A DNA stretch of 64,000 nucleotides, taken from positions 11,624 through 75,623 of the forward strand of contig JAJDOG010000010.1 in NCBI GenBank assembly GCA_022340285.1, written 5' to 3'. Within the stretch, counting starts at the first letter, position 1, and the number at the start of each line of letters is the position of its first letter. Shown one piece after another: positions 21,899 to 32,566 of this stretch. The DNA comes from Betaproteobacteria bacterium (GTDB lineage: Bacteria > Pseudomonadota > Gammaproteobacteria > Burkholderiales > SG8-39). The position numbers and the translations under genes were made by a program. The notes below the pieces were generated by a model. The model was not told the DNA's origin and searched no databases. It saw nothing but the letters and a program-made list of their open reading frames with translations.

Positions 21899-21995
21899 AA
21901 GGAGCTGTGCAGCGAAATGATCCCCGCCTTGGCGGGGATCTTCTTTTCCGGCGGCCTGGTTGCGATGTCGTGTGGCACGTGCTTTTCTTGACCCA

Positions 21996-23723
21996 ATGCG
22001 CAATCTGAGAATCATCTTCGCCACGCTGCTTTCTGCCGCCTGCGGTGTTGCGCTCGCGCAGCCATTGCCCTCCGGCCCTTCCGGCTACAAGCCGAAGGAG
22101 GCGGCATTCGGCAAGCACTTCATGGTTGCCGCGGCGAACCCGTTGGCAGTGGAGGCGGGACGCGCCGTCATCGCGCGCGGCGGATCGGCGGTAGATGCGG
22201 CGGTTGCGGTGCAGATGGTCTTGAACGTCGTAGAGCCGGAAGCATCGGGAATCGGCGGGGGCGCATTCATCCTGCACTGGTCTGCGCGGGAGAAGCGGCT
22301 CCGCGTGTACGACGGTCGCGAGACGGCGCCCGCGGAGGCGACTCCCGACCTCTTTCTCGACGCCGCGGGCCGTCCGATGCCGTTCTTCGACGCAGTCGTC
22401 GGTGGGCGCTCGGTCGGGACGCCCGGCCTACTTGCGGTACTCGCGCTCGCGCACCAGCATCACGGCAAGCGCGAATGGGGAGAGCTGTTCGAGCCGGCGA
22501 TCGAGCTTGCGGATCGAGGTTTCCCCGTGTCGCCGCGCCTGGCAATCTTGCTGGAGCGCGAGCGGTTTCTCGCAAATGATCCGAATGCGCGGCGTCTCTA
22601 CTATCGTGAGGACGGCAAGCCTCGCAGTGAGGGAGAGGTGATTCGCAATCCCGAGCTGGCCACAACGTTCCGTACGATCGCGATGCAGGGCCCCAGCGCG
22701 TTCTACACCGGCGAGATCGCGCGCGACATCGTCAGAGCGGTACGGACACATCCGACCAACCCCGGGTACCTGTCCCTCGCGGATCTGGCTGGCTATCGGC
22801 CGGTGGAGCGCAAGCCGGTCTGCGGGCGCTATCGTGGCAACAGGATTTGCGGCATGCCGCCGCCGAGCTCGGGAGGCATTGCCGTGCTGCAGATCCTGGG
22901 CATCCTGGAGAATTTTCCGATGGCAAGCGTTGCCCCGCAGTCGCTGATGGCGGCGCACCTCTTCTCCGAAGCGGGCCGGCTCGCCTATGCGGATCGCGAC
23001 CTTTATGTCGCGGACTCGGATTTCGTCGCCGTGCCGATGCGTGGAATGATCGATCCTGCCTATCTTGCAAAGCGCGCCGAGCTCATTCACCTCACCGAGT
23101 CGCTGGGCCGTGCGGCGCCCGGCGTTCCACCCGGCGCGGCGCGACCCAGTCCGGCCGGGTCACCGGAGCGCATATCGACCAGCCACTTCTCGATCGTCGA
23201 CGCCGAGGGCGACGCAGTCGCCATGACGACAACGATCGAATACGCCTTCGGAAGTCGGATCATGGTGCGCGGGTTCCTGCTCAACAACCAGCTCACCGAT
23301 TTCTCGTTCGCCCCCGAGGAAGCCGGGCGTGTGGTGGCCAATCGCGTCGAGCCCGGCAAGCGGCCGCGCAGCTCGATGGCACCCACGCTCGTCTTCGACC
23401 GGAGCGGCGCGCTCAAATACGTGCTCGGCTCACCGGGCGGCAGCCTGATCATCAATTACGTCGCGCAGACGCTGGTTGCCTTGCTCGATTGGGAGTACAG
23501 CGCGCAGAAAGCGGTGAGCGTCGGCCACTTCGGAAGTCGCAACGGGCCGACCGAGCTCGAGCGCGGCACCGAAGCAGCCGGCCTCGCGCGAGGTCTCGGC
23601 CTGCTCGGCCACGACGTGTACGTCATGGACATGACGAGCGGGCTGCACGCCGTCGAACGCGTTCCCGGAGGCTGGCGCGGCGCGGCGGATCCGCGGCGGG
23701 AAGGATCTGCCGCGGGCGGCTAA
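21996..23723 (+). CDS. ggt: Gamma-glutamyltransferase (periplasmic)
   Basis: Signal peptide, [39 protein letters not shown] (Thr nucleophile), [22 protein letters not shown]. Confidence 0.95.
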   Translation: MRNLRIIFATLLSAACGVALAQPLPSGPSGYKPKEAAFGKHFMVAAANPLAVEAGRAVIARGGSAVDAAVAVQMVLNVVEPEASGIGGGAFILHWSAREKRLRVYDGRETAPAEATPDLFLDAAGRPMPFFDAVVGGRSVGTPGLLAVLALAHQHHGKREWGELFEPAIELADRGFPVSPRLAILLERERFLANDPNARRLYYREDGKPRSEGEVIRNPELATTFRTIAMQGPSAFYTGEIARDIVRAVRTHPTNPGYLSLADLAGYRPVERKPVCGRYRGNRICGMPPPSSGGIAVLQILGILENFPMASVAPQSLMAAHLFSEAGRLAYADRDLYVADSDFVAVPMRGMIDPAYLAKRAELIHLTESLGRAAPGVPPGAARPSPAGSPERISTSHFSIVDAEGDAVAMTTTIEYAFGSRIMVRGFLLNNQLTDFSFAPEEAGRVVANRVEPGKRPRSSMAPTLVFDRSGALKYVLGSPGGSLIINYVAQTLVALLDWEYSAQKAVSVGHFGSRNGPTELERGTEAAGLARGLGLLGHDVYVMDMTSGLHAVERVPGGWRGAADPRREGSAAGG

Positions 23724-24676
23724 TCTGTGTTCGCGCGTTCGCCGCGCGGCATGCGGCCACGCACGCATTCCAGCGCCTGTTCCATTGCATCCTGCGCAAG
23801 ACAGTCGATCCGTGCCGTATCCGGCCAGCGGCGCAGCCAGGTCAATTGCCGCTTCGCGAGCTGACGGGTGGCGAAGATGCCGCGGTTGCGCATCTCCTCG
23901 CGGTCGTAGCGTCCTTCGAGATGCTCCCACGCCTGGCGATAGCCGACGCAACGCATGGACGGAAGGCCGGGCGAGAGCGCATGCCGCGCACGCAAGGCGA
24001 CAAGTTCATCCACGAGCCCGGCCTCCAGCATTGCGTCGAAGCGCTGCGCGATACGGGCGTGCAGCACGCTGCGATCGCCGGGCTCGAGCGAGATCCACAG
24101 CATGTCGGTGGCGGAACCCTCGTCGGCGGGATCGGCGAGCAGCGTCGACAGGGGTTTCCCAGTGAGCCGAATGACCTCGAGCCCGCGCTGAATGCGCTGC
24201 GAATCGTTCGGCTCGAGCCGAGTGGCAGTGCGCGGGTCGAGCCGCGCGAGCTCGCCGTGCAGGGCCGGCCAGCCACGCACGGCCGCCTGCGCGTCGATCT
24301 CGGCGCGCACTTCCGGATCGGCCGGCGGAAGCATCGCCAGGCCGTCCCGAAGCGCCTTGAAGTAGAGCATCGTGCCGCCGACGAGCAATGGCGTTCGGCC
24401 GCGCGCGCGAATCGCCTCGATTGCATGGACGGCGTCCGCGCGAAACCGCGCCGCAGAGTACGAGTCGGTCGGGTCGATGAGGTCGATCAGGTGGTGCGGC
24501 ACTCGTCGCCGGTCGTCCGCCGAGGGCTTCGCCGTACCGATATCCATCCCACGATAAACCTGGGCGGAGTCGACGCTCACGATCTCGACGGGCAGCCGAT
24601 CGGCGAGGGCCATCGCGAGGCGCGATTTGCCGCTCGCGGTCGGACCCATGATCGCAATCGCGAGCGACCGGGTCAT
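23720..24676 (-). CDS. miaA: tRNA dimethylallyltransferase
   Basis: [41 protein letters not shown]. Confidence 0.97.
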   Translation of the reverse strand: MTRSLAIAIMGPTASGKSRLAMALADRLPVEIVSVDSAQVYRGMDIGTAKPSADDRRRVPHHLIDLIDPTDSYSAARFRADAVHAIEAIRARGRTPLLVGGTMLYFKALRDGLAMLPPADPEVRAEIDAQAAVRGWPALHGELARLDPRTATRLEPNDSQRIQRGLEVIRLTGKPLSTLLADPADEGSATDMLWISLEPGDRSVLHARIAQRFDAMLEAGLVDELVALRARHALSPGLPSMRCVGYRQAWEHLEGRYDREEMRNRGIFATRQLAKRQLTWLRRWPDTARIDCLAQDAMEQALECVRGRMPRGERANTD

Positions 24677-24689
24677 TGGGCGGGCGCGC

Positions 24690-26438
24690 TCACCGACCGC
24701 GCAGGAAAAGTCGATCCAGGTCGGCGAGGCTCATCTGGTACCAGGTCGGACGACCGTGGTTGCACTGTCCGGCGCGCTCGGTTTCCTCCATCTCGCGGAG
24801 CAGCGCGTTCATCTCCGGAACGCTGAGCTGCCGCCGCGCGCGCACGGCACCGTGACACGCCATGGTTCCGAGCAGTTCGTCCTGACGGCTGGTCATCACC
24901 TGGCTCGCACCGTACTCGCGCATGTCACGCAGCACCGCCCGCACGAGCTCGGGAATGTCTCCCTGCGCGACGAGTGCGGGCACCGCCCGCACCACGATGG
25001 CAGTGGGTGAGAGAGCGGCCAGCTCGAATCCGAGGCGCGCAAGAGGCTCCTGGTTGTCCTCCAGCGTGGCCACATCCAGGGCATCGGCGTTAAACGTGAC
25101 CGGAATCAGCAGCGGCTGCGCGGTCACCTTGTGATGCGCGAGCGCGAACTTGAGATTCTCGTACAGGATCCGCTCGTGCGCCGCGTGCATATCGACCAGG
25201 ACCAGTCCGTCGCGGTTTTGCGCCAGGATGTAGATCCCGTGCAGCTGGCCTAGCGCGAAGCCGAGCGGGTGCTCGACCGCATCCGCTTCGACCCGAGATC
25301 GCGCAGCCGGCGCAGCGAGTCCGCTCAGCATCGCCGTGTAAGCGCCCACGGGCTGCGCGACGCCGAGCGGCCGCTGCCAACCCGCCGTGGTCGGGAGAGG
25401 CACCGACTGCGGTTCGGTCGAAATGGCTACGGCCGCAGCGGGGGTCTGGGCCGCCGTTCCGGCAAGGGCCTTCTGGACCGCGTGAAAGACGAACTGGTGC
25501 ACCGCGCGCGGATCGCGGAACCGCACCTCGATCTTCGCGGGATGCACGTTCACGTCGACCATTGCCGGGTCGATCTCCAGGTAGAGCACGTATGCCGGAT
25601 GCCGATCGCCGTGCAGGACGTCCGCGTAGGCTTCGCGCACCGCGTGCGTGAGCAGCTTGTCGCGAACGAACCGGCCGTTGACGAACAGGTACTGCGCATC
25701 GCGCGACGCCTTGGCCTCCGACGGAGGGCTCGCAAGACCGTGGAGGTGCAAGGCCGCGCCGCCGGCCTCGACGCGGCGCGCACCGTTCGCGAATGCATCG
25801 CCCATCACCGCAGCGATCCGTGCGGCCAGGTCGGCAGCCGGATAGTGCGCGCTGACGCGTGCGTTGTGTCGTAAGGTGAGCGCAACGCCCGGGCGTGCGA
25901 GCGCGATGCGGCGGAACATCTCGGCACAATGCGCGAGCTCGGTCGCCTCGGACTTGAGGAACTTGCGGCGTGCCGGCGTATTGAAGTAGAGATCATTCAC
26001 CTCGAGCGTGGTGCCGGCCGAATGGGCGGCTGGCTCGGGTGCGCCCGCCGGGCCGCCTTCGACGGCGATTCGCCAGGCGTGTTGCGCCTCCGCAGGACGC
26101 GAGATGAGCGCCACCCGGGCGACCGAGGCGATGCTCGCAAGCGCCTCGCCGCGGAAACCGAGCGACGCGACGCGCTCCAGGTCGGCCAGGGTCTGGATCT
26201 TGCTCGTGGCGTGACGGGCAAGCGCGAGCGGGAGATCGTCGCGTGCAATCCCCGCCCCGTCGTCTGTCACCCGGATCTGCCGGGTGCCTCCCTGGGCGAG
26301 CGTCACGCCGATCGCCTGAGCGCCCGCGTCCAGACTGTTCTCCAGAAGCTCTTTCAGCACGGAAGCCGGCCGCTCGACTACCTCGCCCGCGGCGATCTGG
26401 CTGATCAGGGTGTCAGGAAGAATACGGATGACCGGCAT
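24690..26438 (-). CDS. mutL: DNA mismatch repair protein MutL with endonuclease motif
   Basis: [41 protein letters not shown]. Confidence 0.97.
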   Translation of the reverse strand: MPVIRILPDTLISQIAAGEVVERPASVLKELLENSLDAGAQAIGVTLAQGGTRQIRVTDDGAGIARDDLPLALARHATSKIQTLADLERVASLGFRGEALASIASVARVALISRPAEAQHAWRIAVEGGPAGAPEPAAHSAGTTLEVNDLYFNTPARRKFLKSEATELAHCAEMFRRIALARPGVALTLRHNARVSAHYPAADLAARIAAVMGDAFANGARRVEAGGAALHLHGLASPPSEAKASRDAQYLFVNGRFVRDKLLTHAVREAYADVLHGDRHPAYVLYLEIDPAMVDVNVHPAKIEVRFRDPRAVHQFVFHAVQKALAGTAAQTPAAAVAISTEPQSVPLPTTAGWQRPLGVAQPVGAYTAMLSGLAAPAARSRVEADAVEHPLGFALGQLHGIYILAQNRDGLVLVDMHAAHERILYENLKFALAHHKVTAQPLLIPVTFNADALDVATLEDNQEPLARLGFELAALSPTAIVVRAVPALVAQGDIPELVRAVLRDMREYGASQVMTSRQDELLGTMACHGAVRARRQLSVPEMNALLREMEETERAGQCNHGRPTWYQMSLADLDRLFLRGR

Positions 26439-26515
26439 GCGTCGGGCGGCGCTGTGAGACGCGAGAAGGATTATACCGGCGTGCCCCGCTACAATACGCG
26501 GTCTTCACAAATGGC

Positions 26516-27172
26516 ATGCCGATGGATCTCCTGCTGTGGTTCTGGGACCTGCTGGTTCATCTCGACAAGCACCTCGCTGTGCTGCTGCAGCAATACGGGA
26601 CGTGGGTCTATCTGATTCTTTTCACGATCGTCTTCTGCGAGACGGGCCTGGTGGTCACGCCGTTTCTTCCCGGCGATTCGCTGTTGTTCGTTTCCGGGAC
26701 GCTGTGGGCCGCAGCGGGAATGGAGGTGGAGCTTCTCGCCATCACGCTCGTCGCCGCCGCGCTCTGCGGCGACAACGTGAATTACTGGGTTGGACGCTAC
26801 ATCGGACCCAAGGTGTTCCGCTGGGAGCAGTCGCGCTGGTTCAACCGCCGCGCGCTGGACATGACGCACGACTTCTACGAGCGTCACGGCGGCAAGACCA
26901 TCATCATTGCGCGATTCGTGCCGCTCGTGCGCACGTTCGCGCCCTTCGTCGCGGGAGTCGGCAGCATGTTCTACCCCCGATTCCTTGCCTATTCCGTGGG
27001 AGCCGCGCTGCTCTGGGTGATCTCGCTCGTCTATGCCGGTTATTTCTTCGGCAATGTCGCTTGGGTCAAGAGCAACCTCACGCTGGTGATATTCGGCATC
27101 ATCGCGCTGTCGCTCGTTCCGATCGCCGTCGGGTACATTCGTCACCGCGCGCAGGGCGCGCGATCCGGCTAG
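26516..27172 (+). CDS. dedA: DedA family membrane protein
   Basis: FCETGLVVTPFLPGDSLLF, GDNVNYWVG, ARFVPLVRTFAPFVAG. Confidence 0.93.
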   Translation: MPMDLLLWFWDLLVHLDKHLAVLLQQYGTWVYLILFTIVFCETGLVVTPFLPGDSLLFVSGTLWAAAGMEVELLAITLVAAALCGDNVNYWVGRYIGPKVFRWEQSRWFNRRALDMTHDFYERHGGKTIIIARFVPLVRTFAPFVAGVGSMFYPRFLAYSVGAALLWVISLVYAGYFFGNVAWVKSNLTLVIFGIIALSLVPIAVGYIRHRAQGARSG

Positions 27173-27181
27173 GGCCGTCGA

Positions 27182-28549
27182 TCAGTTCCGGGCGGCCTGC
27201 TTGAGGACTACCGGCAGGCGATCGTCGGCGTCGTCCGCAGCGAGTGTCCCGCGGCTCGGCGGATGCTCGGCGAAATAGCGCTTGATGCCGGCCAGCAGTG
27301 CGCGTGCGATCTTGTCCTGGTAGGCGCCGCTGTTCAGCTTCTTCTCCTCGGCGGGATTCGAGATGAACGCCGTTTCGACCAGGATCGAGGGCACGTCGGG
27401 CGATTTGAGCACGGCAAAGCCGGCCTGCTCCACGTGCTCCTTGTGGAGCGAGTTGATGTCGCCAAGCTCGTCGAGCACGACGCGGCCCAGCTTCAGGCTG
27501 TCGCTGATCGTCGCGGTTTGCGAGAGGTCGAGCAGCGTCTGGGCCAGGTAGCGGTCCTTGACGTCCAGATTCACGCCGCCGATGAGGTCGGCGTCGTTCT
27601 CGCGCTTGGCCAGCCAGCTTGCGGCCGCGCTCGTGGCTCCGCGCTCGGAGAGAGCGAATACCGACGCACCGCGCGCGTGGGGCAGGATGTAAGCGTCGGC
27701 GTGGATCGAGATGAACAAGTCCGCCTTCGCGCGCCGGGCCTTGTCGACCCGCACGTGCAAAGGCACGAAGTAGTCGCCGTCGCGCGTCATGACGGCGCGC
27801 ATGTTGGGCTCCGCGTCCACCAGCTTGCGCAGCCGTCTCGCGATGGAGAGCGTGACGTCCTTCTCGTGACTGCCGCGGCGTCCCTTCGCCCCGGGATCCT
27901 CGCCGCCGTGCCCGGCATCGATCACGACGGTGACGAGACGATGCGTCACCGATTTGCCCGAGCCGCGGCGTCGCTGCTTGTTCCGGTCTTCGAGCGGCCA
28001 CGGCTCGATCTGCGGCCCGTCGTCGGAGGAATTCGATGCGCCCGACCGGTCCGGAGCGGTTTGCGCTGAGCCACGCCGCTCCAGCAGGGCGAGCAACGGG
28101 TCGGTCGGCACGGCGGGATAGACATCGAGCACCAGCCGGTAGCCGTACTCGCCGATCGGCTTGAGCAGGAAGACCTGGGGTTTCGCCTCGGTCTTGAGGT
28201 CCAGCACGAGCCGAATCGTGCCGGGCTTGAACCGGCCGACGCGAATATTGGCGACGTACGGATCGTCGGGCCGAACCTTGCCCGCGATCTGCGCGGCCAG
28301 CGAGTCGTAGTCCAGATCCTCGAGATCGACGACCAGCCGGTGCGGATTCTTGATGAGCAGGACCGAGTGGCGCGGCTCGGCATTCATCTCGAGCGTCACG
28401 CGGGTGTATTCGCCGGACGGCCAGACACGCACCGCGCGCATGGGCTCGTCGGCAGCGGCGATGGGCGATAGACCGAGGCAGAGGAGCGCCGCCGCTAGGC
28501 AGGCGCGCAGCCGGGATCGGAAGACGGCTCGTTGACCGATGTCAGGCAC
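27182..28549 (-). CDS. amiC: N-acetylmuramoyl-L-alanine amidase (AMIN + Amidase_3, AmiC-like); start approximate
   Basis: VRVWP..EYTRVTLE AMIN domain; IDAGHGGEDPGA, SIHAD, VLKSPDVPSILVETAFISN. Confidence 0.9.
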   Translation of the reverse strand: MPDIGQRAVFRSRLRACLAAALLCLGLSPIAAADEPMRAVRVWPSGEYTRVTLEMNAEPRHSVLLIKNPHRLVVDLEDLDYDSLAAQIAGKVRPDDPYVANIRVGRFKPGTIRLVLDLKTEAKPQVFLLKPIGEYGYRLVLDVYPAVPTDPLLALLERRGSAQTAPDRSGASNSSDDGPQIEPWPLEDRNKQRRRGSGKSVTHRLVTVVIDAGHGGEDPGAKGRRGSHEKDVTLSIARRLRKLVDAEPNMRAVMTRDGDYFVPLHVRVDKARRAKADLFISIHADAYILPHARGASVFALSERGATSAAASWLAKRENDADLIGGVNLDVKDRYLAQTLLDLSQTATISDSLKLGRVVLDELGDINSLHKEHVEQAGFAVLKSPDVPSILVETAFISNPAEEKKLNSGAYQDKIARALLAGIKRYFAEHPPSRGTLAADDADDRLPVVLKQAARN

Positions 28550-29013
28550 TGGCTGCCGGCTTTCGTGAATGCCTCGAGCGTCACGTCCCGCCCGCTCGGC
28601 GCGGGCGTGAGCGTGATGCGCAGATCCGGCGGCGGTAATGCCGCCGCCCCGCCTTTTTCCGGCCATTCGACCAGGCATACGGAGGCCTCGTTGAAGTACT
28701 CCCTGAACCCCGAATCTTGCCAGGCTTTTGGATGATCGAACCGATAAAAATCAAAGTGGTACAAGTGTAATCTCGAAACTGTATAAAGTTCAACCAGGCT
28801 GTAGGTGGGACTTTTGACTTTTCCCTCATGGCCGAGCGCTTTGATGAGGCCCCGGGCCAGGGTGGTTTTCCCGGCGCCCAGCTCCCCGCACAGATGGATC
28901 GACATGCCGGGCCGGACGGCCGGCGCAAGACGGGTCCCTAGGGCGAGGGTCGAAGCCTCGTCAGGGAGGTGCAGGGCAAGTGCCGGTGCGACCGGCGTTA
29001 AGATCGAGCGCAT
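28495..29013 (-). CDS. tsaE: tRNA t6A biosynthesis ATPase TsaE
   Basis: GELGAGKTT, VKSPTYSLVE, YHFDFYR, VEWPE. Confidence 0.95.
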   Translation of the reverse strand: MRSILTPVAPALALHLPDEASTLALGTRLAPAVRPGMSIHLCGELGAGKTTLARGLIKALGHEGKVKSPTYSLVELYTVSRLHLYHFDFYRFDHPKAWQDSGFREYFNEASVCLVEWPEKGGAAALPPPDLRITLTPAPSGRDVTLEAFTKAGSQCLTSVNEPSSDPGCAPA

Positions 29014-30097
29014 GAATCGAAAGGCGGCAAACGCGTCTGAAGCTCCGCGGGACTTCGTGATGCTCGCCGCAACAATCAGGGCCTGGGGCGGGGAGCTGGG
29101 CTTCCAGGCCGTCGGCATCGCGGACGTCGAGCTCGGGGCCGCGGAGCGGCGCCTCCTCGAGTGGCTTGCCGCGGGACGGCATGGCGAGCTCGATTATATG
29201 GCCCGCCATGGCCCGAAGCGCGCGCGGCCGGCGGAGCTCGTGCCCGGCACCGTGCGCGTGATCAGCGCCCGGATGGACTACCTGCCGGAGGCCGCAGACA
29301 GCGAACAGACCATGAACGACGGCGCGCGGGCGTTTGTCTCCCGCTATGCGCTCGGGCGCGACTACCACAAGGTTCTGCGGGGGCGCCTGCAGCAGCTCGC
29401 GGACCGCATCGCTGCCGAAATCGGCGCGTTCGGCTACCGCGTATTCACCGACTCCGCTCCGGTGATGGAGGTCGAGCTCGCGCGCAAGGCCGGACTAGGG
29501 TGGCGGGGCAAGCATACGCTGCTGCTTTCGCGCGATGCGGGCTCGTATTTCTTTCTGGGCGAGATCTACACTGACCTGCCCCTGCCTCCGGACGAGCCGG
29601 TAAGCGAACACTGCGGCGCATGCGCGAAGTGCATCGACATCTGCCCGACCCGCGCAATCGTGGCGCCCTACCAACTCGACGCAAGGCGCTGCATCTCCTA
29701 TCTCACCATCGAGCTGAAGGGCAGTATTCCGCTCGAGTTGCGTCCGCTGATCGGCAATCGGGTCTATGGGTGCGACGACTGCCAGCTCGTCTGCCCCTGG
29801 AACCGGTATGCACGCGTGTCGGGCGAGCCGGACTTCCAGGTGCGTAACGGCCTCGACGCTGCCCAGCTGGCGGACCTGTTTTCCTGGAGCGAGAGTGAGT
29901 TTCACGAGCGGCTGGCCGGGAGTGCGATACACCGGATCGGCCACGAGCGATGGCTGCGCAATCTCGCCGTCGGGCTCGGCAACGCGCCGGGCGACGAGTG
30001 GGTGATCGCCGCGCTGCGCGCACGCGTCGATCACCCGTCAGCGCTGGTGCGTGAGCACGTGAGCTGGGCGCTCCAGCGTCACGGCATCCGCACCTAG
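29012..30097 (+). CDS. queG: Epoxyqueuosine reductase
   Basis: SRYALGRDYH, DSAPVME, CGACAKCIDICPT, RCISYLTIE, YGCDDCQLVCPWN. Confidence 0.96.
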   Translation: MNRKAANASEAPRDFVMLAATIRAWGGELGFQAVGIADVELGAAERRLLEWLAAGRHGELDYMARHGPKRARPAELVPGTVRVISARMDYLPEAADSEQTMNDGARAFVSRYALGRDYHKVLRGRLQQLADRIAAEIGAFGYRVFTDSAPVMEVELARKAGLGWRGKHTLLLSRDAGSYFFLGEIYTDLPLPPDEPVSEHCGACAKCIDICPTRAIVAPYQLDARRCISYLTIELKGSIPLELRPLIGNRVYGCDDCQLVCPWNRYARVSGEPDFQVRNGLDAAQLADLFSWSESEFHERLAGSAIHRIGHERWLRNLAVGLGNAPGDEWVIAALRARVDHPSALVREHVSWALQRHGIRT

Positions 30098-30942
30098 CCC
30101 TGCGGATCGGGCACGAATCCGCCGTCCGGGAAGGGGTTCGGGACGCCGACCGGCGGCATGTGCGGAATGATGCCGCGCGCGACCAGATTCCGGTAGCTGT
30201 CGTATTGAATCGTGATCGTCTGGTTCGGGTATGCCGTCGCGCGGCGGAAGCTGGTGTAGCGGGCCGCCGACCACTCGCGCTCGCCATGCCCGGTGCCGAG
30301 CTTCTCTTGGCGCTGCGCCAGCGGTGCGGAACGCTTGGCCGCGCCCGCGGGCGCCTCGGTGCTTGGCGCCGGCGAGGATACGCCGGACGCTTCGCGCTCC
30401 GGTTCGTTCTGCGCGTCGCCTCGCGAGCGCGACTCTGCGCTTTCTTCAGGCTGTAACGGCGTCTGTGGTCGATAGACCCGGGGCGGGCGCGGCGGGCGAT
30501 ATTCGCGGAACACCGCAACCCCAATCACCCCGACGTTCTGTGGACGGCCCGTGCGCGCGGCGTAGCTGTCTGGCAGCGCGGTGAAGTAGAACGCCGCGAC
30601 CTCTTCCAGCGACTTCCGCCAACCATTGATCTCGAAGGACTGGCGCCCTCCGAGGACGTAGCCCGCCTGGCTCGTTGCCGCCGTCTCCCCGCTCACGACA
30701 TTCACGCCATCGACGGAGATGACCGCCATGACCCTGCGCGGCGTCCGGTTCGCAATGCGGATCGCGTACTTTTCCCCCGGCGTTCCCGCGATGTACAGGT
30801 GACCGGCGTGATAGTGCGTCGGTACCGGCTGGCCGGTTGTCCGGTTGACGACGGTGACGTCGACCAGCGACCCGGCGGATACGTTCGCCGAGGCGCAACC
30901 CGATAGTGCCGCGGCGAGCAGCGCCGCAAGGATGCCCTTCAT
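30094..30942 (-). CDS. Conserved hypothetical lipoprotein
   Basis: Lipobox LSGC after a hydrophobic signal; globular core SVDGVNVVSG...GWRKS...SYAARTGRP.NVGVIGVAVFRE; C-terminal LGTGHGERE. Confidence 0.75.
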   Translation of the reverse strand: MKGILAALLAAALSGCASANVSAGSLVDVTVVNRTTGQPVPTHYHAGHLYIAGTPGEKYAIRIANRTPRRVMAVISVDGVNVVSGETAATSQAGYVLGGRQSFEINGWRKSLEEVAAFYFTALPDSYAARTGRPQNVGVIGVAVFREYRPPRPPRVYRPQTPLQPEESAESRSRGDAQNEPEREASGVSSPAPSTEAPAGAAKRSAPLAQRQEKLGTGHGEREWSAARYTSFRRATAYPNQTITIQYDSYRNLVARGIIPHMPPVGVPNPFPDGGFVPDPQG

Positions 30943-30973
30943 GTGCTTCTCCCCAATCAGTTAAGGACACCGC

Positions 30974-31006
30974 TGTAAACGGTGGCCGTGGCGCGATGGG
31001 GTTAAA
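30974..31006 (-). promoter_or_regulatory. ECF sigma promoter upstream of the lipoprotein gene
   Basis: Minus strand TTTAACCCC-N16-CGTTTACA; same motif as upstream of the sigma gene. Confidence 0.7.
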
Positions 31007-31032
31007 GGCGGGAAGGGAGTGGGCCAAGCCCG

Positions 31033-31893
31033 CTAAGGCAGATCGTCCGGGAGGGGATGGTCGGGGAACCGATCGCGAAATTCGGCCAGCAGACGATTCG
31101 CTTCTTCCGTCTGGCCAGCCTTCTTCAGACGCCTAATTTCGGCAATCCAATCCTCGGGTGACCGCAGCGCGGGTTGCCCGACGCCTGTTGCCGCGTCCCG
31201 TTCGGTGCGGCCAGTAGGTCGGTCGCCGAGAGCTCGCTCGCGAGCCATCGACGAGGCCGATTCGGTTTCCGAGGCGGGCGGCGACGCGGCGCCGGCCGAC
31301 TCGCTCTTCTTCCTGAGCGGAGACAGGCCATCCTTTGCGCGAGGTGGTTCTGCAACGGGTGGCGTGGCAGGACGCGCCGGCTCGGCCGGGAAGGGTGCGG
31401 GCGCGCGCTTCGCCTCGTTGGACTGGGCCCGCTCCGGTTTCTGGGCTGGCATTTGCCGAAGACCACGCTCGTCGGCAGGCGTAGCCGGCGGAGGCGCCGC
31501 GCTCGGCGGCACGACGCTTCGTCTTTCCTGGAGCTCGGAGGGTTTGGCTTCGCGGCCTCCAGATTCCTTGTCCAGATCGCCTCGCCTGGCTGCGCCAGGT
31601 ACGACGTGATCTTCGCGCACTTTGCCGGGGCTCAGTTCTTCCAGCATCGTCGGCGCCTGTTCGCTCTCGTACACCATGAGCGTCACGGTGGCCGAGAGCA
31701 CGACCGTGGCGGCCACCGCGACGGGAACACGCCAGCGCTGCGCAAACGACCGTCCGGCCGGCACCGGGTGCGCGTCCACGGCGCGATGCGCGGCGGCTAG
31801 GATGCGCTCGTCAAGCGCACGCGGCGGCTCCTCACGCGCGGTCGCGCGGTATGCCGCGTCGAGGTTCGGGTCGCGTGGCTCGTCGCCGTTCAC
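31033..31893 (-). CDS. Putative single-pass anti-sigma factor (SbrR-like)
   Basis: EEPP..LDERILAAA, one TM helix (WRVPVAVAATVVL), low-complexity linker, C-terminal PEDWIAEIRRL...FRDRFPDHPLP; overlaps the sigma stop (GTGA). Confidence 0.7.
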   Translation of the reverse strand: MNGDEPRDPNLDAAYRATAREEPPRALDERILAAAHRAVDAHPVPAGRSFAQRWRVPVAVAATVVLSATVTLMVYESEQAPTMLEELSPGKVREDHVVPGAARRGDLDKESGGREAKPSELQERRSVVPPSAAPPPATPADERGLRQMPAQKPERAQSNEAKRAPAPFPAEPARPATPPVAEPPRAKDGLSPLRKKSESAGAASPPASETESASSMARERALGDRPTGRTERDAATGVGQPALRSPEDWIAEIRRLKKAGQTEEANRLLAEFRDRFPDHPLPDDLP

Positions 31894-32450
31894 GTCAGAT
31901 CCTTCAGGGCCTCGCGAAGCTTGGCGACGGCATATCGCAGGCGGCTCTTGGCGGTCTCGCGCTCGACGCCAGTCGCCTGCGCGATTTCCTCGATGGTCAG
32001 ACCGGCCTCCTGTTGCAGGAGAAAGGCCTCGCGCTGGGGCCCCGGCAGCGAATCGATCGCGGAAAGCAACCGCCCTGCCAGTTCCTTGCGCTCGAGCGTG
32101 CGCTCGGGCGGTGGATCCGCCGCAGGAAAGGCAACCAAAGTCTCGGGCGCGTCGTCAATGCTGGTCAGATGGGCGCGTCCGCGCGTTCGCAGGTGATCGA
32201 GCACTCGGTTGTGCGCAATCGTGTACAGCCAGGTCGTGAAGCGTGCCTTGACCGCATAGTCGCGGCGCGCGTTGATGAGTCGAATCCAGACATCCTGAAA
32301 AAGTTCCTCGGCCACCGCGGCATCACCGGTCTGACGCCGCAGGTAGCGAAATACCGGCCCCTTGTGCCGCCGGTAGAGAGCGTCGAATGCGCCGGCGTCG
32401 CCGTCGCGGTAGCGCAGCATCAGTTCCTCGTCGGAAATGCCCTCCTGCAT
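31890..32450 (-). CDS. ECF RNA polymerase sigma factor (SbrI-like)
   Basis: Region 2 AEELFQDVW..FTTWLYTIAHN; region 4 LP..QREAFLL..EEIA..ETAKSRLRYA. Confidence 0.92.
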   Translation of the reverse strand: MQEGISDEELMLRYRDGDAGAFDALYRRHKGPVFRYLRRQTGDAAVAEELFQDVWIRLINARRDYAVKARFTTWLYTIAHNRVLDHLRTRGRAHLTSIDDAPETLVAFPAADPPPERTLERKELAGRLLSAIDSLPGPQREAFLLQQEAGLTIEEIAQATGVERETAKSRLRYAVAKLREALKDLT

Positions 32451-32520
32451 GCCGCGGCAAGTGTAACGCGACGTGCCCGGGAGGGGGCGGACGTGACACC
32501 TGTCGCACCGGCCTTGTTTG

Positions 32521-32553
32521 TGTGAACGTTTAACGGGTGTTTTTGGGGTTAAA
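32521..32553 (-). promoter_or_regulatory. Autoregulatory ECF promoter
   Basis: Minus strand TTTAACCCC-N16-CGTTCACA, about 70 nt upstream of the sigma start. Confidence 0.7.
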
Positions 32554-32566
32554 CTGGTTTGGCGCC

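Noticed and set aside
21973-21988. Sigma54 promoter before ggt (TGGCAC-N5-TTTCT)
   Set aside because: The -12 element lacks the conserved GC and lies too close to the start codon
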